Source: a virus
Taxonomy: Duplodnaviria; Caudoviricetes
Direction: 5' to 3' (one strand)
IMG/VR virus record: IMGVR_UViG_3300035561_000221
Location: 1 to 34,799 of that record
Length of the DNA stretch: 34,799 nucleotides
In this document: in pieces, positions 27,453 to 34,799 of the stretch
Layout of the letters: every line of letters starts with the position of its first letter
How positions within the stretch are numbered: position 1 is the first letter of the stretch
The notes under the pieces: generated by a model
What the model saw: the letters and a program-made list of their open reading frames with translations, nothing else
The model's database searches: none
What the model was told of the DNA's origin: nothing
Made by a program: the position numbers and the translations under genes

Positions 27453-30097
27453 TGGCATCTCTGAAGTTCAGGATCATCATTGAGAATGGAGATGCTAAAG
27501 GTGCTGTAGCAGATGTTGAAGCACAAGTAGATAACCTCAAGGTAAAAGCAGAGACTCCATCCAATATCAAAGTAGATGCTCAAACTGCTCTGGCTACCAT
27601 TCGTGATGTGATGATCAACCTGCAGTCATTAAAGACAGTGGTAGATGGAGTTATCGGCAAAGCCAATGACTTTCTAAATGCATCATTGAAACAGCGACAG
27701 GCAGTTACACTGGTTAATATCGCTTTCAAAGATCAAGCTTCAGAGATAAGAACTCTGGCAACCGGACTTCAATCCATAACAAATCATGGTGATGAAGAAC
27801 TGCTTCCACTGATGGCAAAATTGGCTCAGACCTATAAACTTACTACTGATGAAGTAAAGCAGCTATCACCATTATTAATAGATTTTGCTGATGCCAATAC
27901 TTCTACCGGAATGACTATTTCATCTGCCTTTGATCTGATGGGTAGAGCTATCAATGGCAATACAGCTATGCTGGGCAGATACGGTATTGAACTTGATAAA
28001 ACCAGATTGGCACAGGAAGGTGTTAGCTATCTCGTAGAAAAGCTCTCTAAAGATTATGGTGGAGTATCATCTGCATTGGCAGATCTGAGACTGCAGAACC
28101 AGAACACTTGGGGAGATATCAAAGAGCAGATTGGAGATATGCTCAATGTGCTGATAACTCCGCTTCTTAAAGGTGTAAAAGCTCTGTTCGCTTGGTATAA
28201 TAAACTCACTCCAACAGTGAAAGGTTTTGTTACTGGACTGGCAATTGCCATTCCGATCATTGGAGCTGTTACTACTACAATCACCATTCTCACCACAGCT
28301 ATAATTGCTCTTAGAACCGCAATAAATCCTGTTGTGGGTATTATCTCTCTGGTAGTGGGAGGATTAACCGCTGCTGGCTTTGCTTTCGCTGCTTCCGCTG
28401 TTGAAACGGGTAATGCTGAAGATGCTTTGGCTCGTTATAAAAGACAGGCTCAGGAAGCTAAAACCAAGATGGATGACCTGATAGCTAATATGATCGATTT
28501 CAACGATCTGGTGAGTAGAAGCAGAAAGGAAGTGGAATCTCTCAGCTATGAAGAAGCCAAACGTCAATACGAGGAGATCGGGGAAGCTATCCTTGAAGCC
28601 AGACGTAAATATGACGAAGCAATGGATTCTCATGATGACGATGCTTCTTGGGCAGCCTTTGAACAGGAACGTGAACTGATGGCACGTCAGACAGCTCTGC
28701 GTAAGAAGCTGTTTGATGATGATATGAAAGCTATCGAGGAATACCATTCCGGCAAACTTCGTATTGAAAAAGAGAACACTTATGAAGGTATAAGATTATT
28801 ACGATTCAGAGTTGATAATGCCCAGAAAGCTTATGAGGATATTAAAGAGATCAACGGTGCAACTATCGATGATAAACTGGCAGCTTATCAGAAATGGCAG
28901 TCTCTTGAGAAGCAGTTATCTGATGCGATTCAATCGGAAACAGATAAACGAATAGCAATTGAAAATCAATACTCACTACTGGCTATTGAAGATGCATTAG
29001 AGAGAAGAATAGCTCAACTCAATGCTGAAAAAGAAGCAGAGTTAAAACGAGCTGAAACTCTCAAAGTAAGTGAAGAAACACTGCAGAATATTCGCACCTA
29101 TTATGCCAATGAAGAGAAGAGGATCAGGCAGGAATACCAGCAGCAGAAAGAGACTGAAGCTGAGGAAAAAGAAGCCAGGACTCGTCAGCATGAACAGGAG
29201 CTGGAAGCTATTCGGGATGAGTTTCATTCCAGATCTGAAGAATATGCAATCAAAACTTACGATTCAGAGATGGCAGCAATTGAGTCCTATTATGATCGCA
29301 AAAGAGCTAAACTGATAGAAGCTGGATTTACTGAAGAACAAATCACTGAACAGATCGAAGCAGCTAAGCAGAGAATTAGAGAAAGCTACCAGCAGAAGGC
29401 TGTGCAAGGCTTCTCCGGTATGTTTGGAAATATTGCCAAAGCAGCTCAAGCATTCGGTAAGAAAGGCTTTAAAGTCTGGAAAGCAATGTCGATGGCTCAG
29501 GCTCTTGTAGACACCTATTCATCGGCAACAGCAGCTTACAAAGCGATGGTTGGACTTCCCATAATTGGACCTGGTTTGGCTATTGCAGCAGCAGCGGCAG
29601 CTATGGCAGCAGGTATGGCAAATGTAGCAATGATCTCCAAACAAAAATATCAGGAAGCAGCAGAAGGCGGTCTTATGAGAGGACCTTCTCATTCTGAAGG
29701 TGGTTTCCTTATTAATATGGAAGGTGATGAATATATAACTCGTAAAAGTCGAGTACGGGAGCTGGGAGCTAAGTTCTTTGATTTTATCAACTATGCTCCT
29801 CTTGATCATGTGAGAAAAATCATAGGTGGTGCTTTAATACCAAGTATCCCGATGGTTTCAACTCCGGTATTCAGCTATGCTTCAGGTGGTAGTGTGGGAA
29901 ATGGAAATGGTTTGAATCTACTTATTAATAAAGTAGAGGATCTCATTTCCGAAAACAAGCTTTTACATAAGACTCTGCAGAATAAGAAACTGACTGTTCA
30001 TAACCATATCTCAGCCAACGACATTATCGATAAAGCTGACTCGGTTTTGCTTAACGAAAAATCGGAAGAGGGCAATCTGATTCGGAGTGAATTATGA
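27452..30097 (+). CDS. Tape measure protein
   Basis: 881 aa helical, Ala-rich; LGRYGI; hydrophobic segments; C-terminal GGLMRGPSHSEGG motif. Confidence 0.9.
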   Translation: MASLKFRIIIENGDAKGAVADVEAQVDNLKVKAETPSNIKVDAQTALATIRDVMINLQSLKTVVDGVIGKANDFLNASLKQRQAVTLVNIAFKDQASEIRTLATGLQSITNHGDEELLPLMAKLAQTYKLTTDEVKQLSPLLIDFADANTSTGMTISSAFDLMGRAINGNTAMLGRYGIELDKTRLAQEGVSYLVEKLSKDYGGVSSALADLRLQNQNTWGDIKEQIGDMLNVLITPLLKGVKALFAWYNKLTPTVKGFVTGLAIAIPIIGAVTTTITILTTAIIALRTAINPVVGIISLVVGGLTAAGFAFAASAVETGNAEDALARYKRQAQEAKTKMDDLIANMIDFNDLVSRSRKEVESLSYEEAKRQYEEIGEAILEARRKYDEAMDSHDDDASWAAFEQERELMARQTALRKKLFDDDMKAIEEYHSGKLRIEKENTYEGIRLLRFRVDNAQKAYEDIKEINGATIDDKLAAYQKWQSLEKQLSDAIQSETDKRIAIENQYSLLAIEDALERRIAQLNAEKEAELKRAETLKVSEETLQNIRTYYANEEKRIRQEYQQQKETEAEEKEARTRQHEQELEAIRDEFHSRSEEYAIKTYDSEMAAIESYYDRKRAKLIEAGFTEEQITEQIEAAKQRIRESYQQKAVQGFSGMFGNIAKAAQAFGKKGFKVWKAMSMAQALVDTYSSATAAYKAMVGLPIIGPGLAIAAAAAAMAAGMANVAMISKQKYQEAAEGGLMRGPSHSEGGFLINMEGDEYITRKSRVRELGAKFFDFINYAPLDHVRKIIGGALIPSIPMVSTPVFSYASGGSVGNGNGLNLLINKVEDLISENKLLHKTLQNKKLTVHNHISANDIIDKADSVLLNEKSEEGNLIRSEL

Positions 30098-31527
30098 TCT
30101 ACCGAGTTGATTTCATTGATAATACCAACTACACTGTTCAGCATAGTTTATCACTTACTGATGGATTGGATAAGATCAAAACCAATGCTGAAAAAATTGC
30201 TGGAGTTACTTACTTCGCCAAAGAACCCAGAAGGATTGAGTTTGAATGCTTCAAAGATGTATGGATTGAAGATAATATCCTCTCCGGAGACTACGAATTA
30301 GATCGGTATGTATCCCAGTTCTTCATCAGGTTATATGAAAATGACAATCTGGTATTTCATGGTATTATTGATACTTCCTTTGTCAGTTATAATGCAAAAA
30401 CAGAGGTGGTGAGTTTTACCTGCTATGACTATCTCAAGCTGATCTCCAAATGCTCTGAAATTAAGATGATCTATGCTCTTGTTCAAGGTTATCATCCTGG
30501 CTACTGTTTTGGATATATGATGCAGGGAGTTGAGCTACTTCTTGGAGTAACACTTAGTCATGTCTGGGGATCAGGCTGGTCACCTCTCAATATCCAGAAA
30601 ACAGCATTACAAATACTATCGATAGAATGGAGAAACATAATCTCCACATTTGATAGCTGGAACGGAGAACTGATAATTGAAGCAGGTTTTCTCACTTACA
30701 ATATGTATGTTCCGGAGTTCAGGTTATTGATATATAAAGATCATCATCAATGGGAACATCGTCAAATAAAAGTCTATGGTAGAAGATATCGAATCTACAA
30801 TCACATCTGCTTTTATCAGATTACAGATAGTGACATTAACGAAAAGACCAGCAGTTATGATGAAGATGATATTGATGAGCTGGAAGCAGAGAGACTGGAA
30901 ATATGCAGCGATTATTATACTTCAATGTCATGGATAGGGAACGACACTCTCAACATCGATGGTAGATCATATAGCTTTGTAATAAATCCCGAAGATTTAC
31001 CTACTAACGGAAGTCAGAATGTGACTGAGACTAAATATCTTGAGTTCACAGGAAATGTTATTCCTTACAATATATATCCCAAAGGCTTTTATGAGAATGG
31101 TGGCGAAGATACTGAAAGATTGAAAGTTCTCAAAGCTGTATTGATGCTGCATAATCTGACATTGGTTTCAGATGCTAACGGCACTATCAGGATGGTAAAT
31201 AAAAACGATTCATCCAATAATACTGTTGCTATCGATTCTGCTGATGTAGTTGAATTCAAAGTGAAAAGACTTAATAGATCTATTCCAGACGTATCTACTC
31301 TTGATATCCTGCTTGGCGATACTACCATTCTTAAAGGAATAACATCGGAATATTATATCGATTTCTTTAGTCAGATCTGGGAGCTGACAGTAACAATTGA
31401 TAACCTTTCAAAATACCAGTTACTATTATTTTACCAGATCCAGATCACTGGGTTACTCTATCGTATTACTGAAATCCAACGAGATGCAAAAGCCGATGAA
31501 TACAAAATCAAAGCTTGGGAGTTATAA
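30094..31527 (+). CDS. Tail tip / hub-like protein
   Basis: Follows TMP; LVFHGIID...FTCYDYL pattern typical of hub proteins. Confidence 0.55.
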   Translation: MIYRVDFIDNTNYTVQHSLSLTDGLDKIKTNAEKIAGVTYFAKEPRRIEFECFKDVWIEDNILSGDYELDRYVSQFFIRLYENDNLVFHGIIDTSFVSYNAKTEVVSFTCYDYLKLISKCSEIKMIYALVQGYHPGYCFGYMMQGVELLLGVTLSHVWGSGWSPLNIQKTALQILSIEWRNIISTFDSWNGELIIEAGFLTYNMYVPEFRLLIYKDHHQWEHRQIKVYGRRYRIYNHICFYQITDSDINEKTSSYDEDDIDELEAERLEICSDYYTSMSWIGNDTLNIDGRSYSFVINPEDLPTNGSQNVTETKYLEFTGNVIPYNIYPKGFYENGGEDTERLKVLKAVLMLHNLTLVSDANGTIRMVNKNDSSNNTVAIDSADVVEFKVKRLNRSIPDVSTLDILLGDTTILKGITSEYYIDFFSQIWELTVTIDNLSKYQLLLFYQIQITGLLYRITEIQRDAKADEYKIKAWEL

Positions 31528-31976
31528 TGCTGAGTTATGATGGATTCCGTATTATCAAAATAGCAGGTGGTCAAGCTGATGGTTACGTAGTTGAGAACGG
31601 CATTGTAGATTATGAGCCGGAAGTTAAATACAGAATTGAAAAACAGAATGCATTTGATCCTACTATTATAATAAGGAGAGAACCTTATCATGAAGACTCG
31701 ATTGAATGTGAAGCAATCCTGCTGCCCATAGAATACGATAATCTGGTAGAGCATCTTACCGATGCAGATGAATTATATATAGAGTTTGATACCGCAGATG
31801 AAACACTTCAATTTCCGCTTATTATCGATAAACTACCGAAGCTGGAAGATGATACGCGGTCATTTAAGAATAAGGTTAAATTCTCTTTTAAATCAATATA
31901 TCAGAGTTTGAACTATATCAATTTCAATAACATTTTTGGCTGGGGATCAGACTGGGGCGAGAACTGGGGATTCTAA
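31527..31976 (+). CDS. Distal-tail-like protein
   Basis: TAATG coupling; beta-rich; ends GWGSDWGENWGF. Confidence 0.45.
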   Translation: MLSYDGFRIIKIAGGQADGYVVENGIVDYEPEVKYRIEKQNAFDPTIIIRREPYHEDSIECEAILLPIEYDNLVEHLTDADELYIEFDTADETLQFPLIIDKLPKLEDDTRSFKNKVKFSFKSIYQSLNYINFNNIFGWGSDWGENWGF

Positions 31977-31985
31977 GGAGTAGAA

Positions 31986-32816
31986 ATGGCTGAGACCACT
32001 AATTATAACTTATATAAACCACAGGCTGGTGAATCAGGCTGGGCACAGGCTTTAAATAACAATCTGGATGTTATCGATGCTCAGATGAAATCCAATCAGG
32101 ATGGTATCTCAAACCATACTGGAACAGGCTCAAACAAGCATAATGCTGATCAAATAAAGACTGCCAATGGATCCAATGTGGAATCTGAAATAGCTGCACT
32201 TATCTCCGGAAAGTCAGATGTAAATCACACTCACAATTATTCAGCTCCTGGTCATGGTCATGTAGCTGATGAAGTTCTTATGCCGGATAATCAGGATGTT
32301 GGTCATCATATCAATAACATTAATACTGATATCGCTACTATTAATAATACTCTGAATCTGATTATTGTAGATCTAACTACAGTAAATTTATCTGCTCAGA
32401 TCAGTAATCGGTATGGTGGTATAAGAGTTATCAATAACATATCGCCAGTAATCAATGTATCAAACTGGAGTGTTGAAGTACAGAAGGATGGAATTACTCT
32501 TTGTGAGATTTACAGTTCTTCTAACTACATATTTATTGATGGAGATTTACTCACAAATGTTGTTGATGGAGATGTGCTAACTATCATCACCACAGCCTAT
32601 TCAGGATTATCCAGCAAATCAAAAACCTATTCGCATATCTTTCATGAAACCAATAATAACATCATTGAGAGGTTGAATCTGATCGAGTCGCAGTTAACCA
32701 TTGGTAATATTATCGATTCCTTTGCTCAGGATGCTGATGCTTTGCAGGCATTGGCAAATGTGCTTCATTCATCCAATACCTTAGCTCAGAAGGTATCTGA
32801 GTTAATGCAGACATGA
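31986..32816 (+). CDS. Tail fibre / receptor-binding protein subunit
   Basis: N-terminal TTNYNLYKP...LNNNLDVID anchor motif, HxH motifs, coiled coils, Ig-like central part. Confidence 0.65.
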   Translation: MAETTNYNLYKPQAGESGWAQALNNNLDVIDAQMKSNQDGISNHTGTGSNKHNADQIKTANGSNVESEIAALISGKSDVNHTHNYSAPGHGHVADEVLMPDNQDVGHHINNINTDIATINNTLNLIIVDLTTVNLSAQISNRYGGIRVINNISPVINVSNWSVEVQKDGITLCEIYSSSNYIFIDGDLLTNVVDGDVLTIITTAYSGLSSKSKTYSHIFHETNNNIIERLNLIESQLTIGNIIDSFAQDADALQALANVLHSSNTLAQKVSELMQT

Positions 32817-33055
32817 AATCAATAAGATTCAATTCGGTGTGGGATCTGATTAATAAGAAAACCACTCCCACTGTATCTACGGATAAGAATATCGCCTTTG
32901 TGAAGACTATTTATTCCACAGTTGATGAGAAAGAAGATCTTGGCATTAACGATCAAAATCTAATCCTCTCCGGCAGTGAATTTCCTGCAGAAGCAGGTAA
33001 TGGTCAGATATTCATAAAAGATGGAAAACCATATATTTATAAGGAGCAAACATGA
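32813..33055 (+). CDS. Small fibre-associated protein
   Basis: ATGA-coupled; C-terminal FPAEAGNGQIFIKDGKPYIY motif. Confidence 0.55.
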   Translation: MKSIRFNSVWDLINKKTTPTVSTDKNIAFVKTIYSTVDEKEDLGINDQNLILSGSEFPAEAGNGQIFIKDGKPYIYKEQT

Positions 33056-33213
33056 ATGTTAAAAAGCTGATTGAACAGCAGAAAGAAGAACTGAAATCTG
33101 AGCATGAAAGACTCAGTCTTTTGCTCAATGATACACAGCAGAAAATCTTAAAAACTGAAGGTGCTCTTCTCATGATGCAGCACTTTGAGAATCTAATAGA
33201 AAAGGAGAAGTAG
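33052..33213 (+). CDS. 53 aa coiled-coil protein, possible fibre chaperone (below the ORF-track cutoff)
   Basis: AAGGAG SD and ATGA overlap; MNVKKLIEQQKEELKSEHERLSLLLNDTQQKILKTEGALLMMQHFENLIEKEK. Confidence 0.65.
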   Translation: MNVKKLIEQQKEELKSEHERLSLLLNDTQQKILKTEGALLMMQHFENLIEKEK

Positions 33214-33214
33214 A

Positions 33215-33691
33215 ATGGCAGGACAATGGAAATCGATTCTTGATTCCGACCAGCTTGGTGTTGCTAATGGAGTAGCACAGTTAGGTGCTGATGGAAAGCT
33301 ACCTGATACTCAATTACCTGATATCTCGGCAGCTAAGATTACTGGTGTTTTATCTGCATCACAGATACCCAGTCTCGATGCTTCCAAGATCACTTCAGGA
33401 AGTTTCAATGTGGCTCGCATTCCAAGTTTGGATGCAGCTAAGATCAGTTCCGGTACACTTGGTGTTGATCGCATTCCAACACTGGCTCAGAGCAAGATCA
33501 GCGGTCTTACAACTGCATTGGCAGGGAAGGTAGATACCAGCAGGACTATCAACGGATTGGCACTTTCATCAAATATCACTCTAAAAACAAGTGATCTGAT
33601 TGAGAAGGTGACATCATTACCAGCTTCTGGAATTGAAGGTGAGATTGTTAACTACAATGATAAACTCTACCTCTGGAAGGAATCAGCTTAA
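33215..33691 (+). CDS. Tail fibre repeat protein
   Basis: NGVAQLGADGKLP, then four about 19-aa repeats (IPSLDASKITSG-like), RTING, and a C-terminal LYLW motif. Confidence 0.75.
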   Translation: MAGQWKSILDSDQLGVANGVAQLGADGKLPDTQLPDISAAKITGVLSASQIPSLDASKITSGSFNVARIPSLDAAKISSGTLGVDRIPTLAQSKISGLTTALAGKVDTSRTINGLALSSNITLKTSDLIEKVTSLPASGIEGEIVNYNDKLYLWKESA

Positions 33692-34380
33692 TGTGGAGTT
33701 TGATCATTCAGGAGTCAAATCTGAATGTCGCAGTTAAAGATACTGTGCTGAAGGAGATGCTTTCGAATGAAGCCAAATTAAAGTCTTATCTACTCGGTGA
33801 GGATAAACCAGAAGAGGTTATTGATTTCGCTGTTGATTCAGGACTATTCATCACTATTCATGTTCCCACAAAGCTAACAAGCTGGAAATCGTTTCTGAGA
33901 GACAGATCTGATAGAATTGAGTTCAGAGTGTATCGATATCTGAATGGATCAGTTGATGAAGCAGAGCTTGTTTATGAAGAACTAGGAATTACAACACCGG
34001 AACCCGAAATACATCATAAATGCGAGATTTACCTATTACCGGGTAGATATTACTTTAGGCTAACTGGCTGTGAATCTGCATTCTGTGAGTCATCTGCCTT
34101 TTGTCCTGAACATGAATTTATCGCTTTCAATGCCAGTGAACCCTTTGAAGGTAAATTACCTAAATGGACAGAGACTCCCAACTCTCCGCTTTGGTTCTCT
34201 ATTTATGATCTGGAGTTTAATATATTATTGGAATCATTGTATTTAGGATTTCAGAAGAATATGTTTGAAGATGTGAATTTACTCGAAGGAGCTTTCTATC
34301 ATTGTCCAGATGGGGAAGGAGTTTTAAGGACATTTATTTTCGATGGAACCAGTCAAATATTTGAAGGTTTCCGACTATGA
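33691..34380 (+). CDS. Hypothetical protein, last phage gene, probably fibre-related
   Basis: TAATG-coupled 229 aa ORF; Ig/FN3-like central pattern (FRVYR...PGRYYFRL). Confidence 0.55.
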   Translation: MWSLIIQESNLNVAVKDTVLKEMLSNEAKLKSYLLGEDKPEEVIDFAVDSGLFITIHVPTKLTSWKSFLRDRSDRIEFRVYRYLNGSVDEAELVYEELGITTPEPEIHHKCEIYLLPGRYYFRLTGCESAFCESSAFCPEHEFIAFNASEPFEGKLPKWTETPNSPLWFSIYDLEFNILLESLYLGFQKNMFEDVNLLEGAFYHCPDGEGVLRTFIFDGTSQIFEGFRL

Positions 34381-34426
34381 TTTTAGCGAAAAATGAATCC
34401 AAAAACGTGCAAATGGTAGGGAATCG

Positions 34427-34750
34427 AGTGGCAAAATTGCCATCACTTGCAATATGCCAGATATATTCTTTATGTGCCTGATATTTATAGAGTTAAGTAG
34501 AGTTAATGAATTTATGCCACCATTTTTGCCTTAACGCACGGTAAGGAAGAATTGGTGTCACAAATGGCAAAATTGCAATCACTTGAAGTAACCGAAAGTG
34601 GCAAAACTGCAATCACTTGAAGTTCGAGACAATAAGTTGTTTTATATCTTTAAATAATAAACAGTTAGAAGATTGAGAAGTGGTTTACATAATGTTAAAG
34701 TGGCAAACATGCTGTCACAAGTGGCAAAAACACCTGTCACTTTTTACTCA
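34427..34750 (+). repeat. Right-end array of putative transposase binding sites and terminal CA
   Basis: Five copies of about AAGTGGCAAA-N5/6-(A/T)(A/G)TCAC at 34427-34446, 34562-34582, 34596-34616, 34698-34718 and 34719-34740, then TTTTTACTCA. Confidence 0.8.
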
Positions 34751-34787
34751 CGGTTACTACTTCCTCTTTGGGGAATTTTGAGAAAAA

Positions 34788-34799
34788 TGGTGGAGGTGG
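34788..34799 (-). ncRNA. Possible 3' end of tmRNA (ssrA) or tRNA-Ala, truncated by the window edge
   Basis: Minus strand reads CCACCTCCACCA, matching the alanine-acceptor ...CTCCACCA end. Only 12 nt are visible. Confidence 0.5.

Larger units (their letters stand above)
1..34750 (+). mobile_element. Mu-like transposable prophage (siphovirus-type tail), left end outside window
   Basis: Repressor / ner / DDE transposase / AAA ATPase / DUF3164-like / gemA early module, terminase, gpF, portal, capsid and tail genes. No integrase. Terminal repeat array ending in CA at 34749-34750. Confidence 0.92.

Noticed and set aside
29585-29612. GCA triplet run
   Set aside because: It encodes a poly-Ala stretch in the tape measure protein and is not a contingency locus.
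23569-30097. Contractile Mu-type tail
   Set aside because: No sheath or baseplate wedge (gpJ-like) genes were recognised.
33300-33510. Tandem repeats in the fibre gene as a DNA-level repeat element
   Set aside because: The repeats are at protein level with diverged codons, which is ordinary for fibre proteins.
2586-33533. Many 60-150 aa ORFs antisense or out of frame within the long genes (e.g. 4487..4936, 6472..6864, 22799..23251, 28364..28747)
   Set aside because: They are shadow ORFs of well-supported genes, with no recognisable motifs or SDs.
31986-34380. Diversity-generating retroelement or invertible fibre segment
   Set aside because: No reverse transcriptase, invertase, TR/VR pair or flanking inverted sites were noticed.
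34427-34740. Repeat array as a mini-CRISPR or CAST-like array
   Set aside because: Spacing is irregular (0 to over 100 bp), copies are degenerate and no cas gene is present. Transposase end sites explain it better.

Overview
Almost the whole window (1 to about 34750) is a Mu-like transposable prophage. Its right end is inside the window and its left end lies beyond position 1. Left to right: a leftward cassette behind a LexA/CI-type repressor (papain-like peptidase, minimal nucleotidyltransferase, unknown partner); a Ner-like gene, MuA-type DDE transposase, MuB-type AAA ATPase, a wHTH-DUF3164-like protein, an HTH gene and a GemA-like gene; terminase S/L and Mu gpF. Next is an 8.2 kb AT-rich antisense defence insert (HsdR, fused HsdM-HsdS, metallophosphoesterase-STAND NTPase). 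After it come an M15 endolysin, neck genes, a PBSX-type portal, a single protease-scaffold-capsid ORF and a non-contractile tail module. A translationally coupled Dam-like MTase / SAM synthetase / Dam-like MTase block sits between the tail chaperones and the tape measure gene. The element ends in an array of transposase-binding-like repeats and a candidate CA terminus, 37 bp from what looks like the CCA 3' end of a tmRNA or tRNA-Ala gene. All family calls come from motif recognition by eye; no database searches were run.
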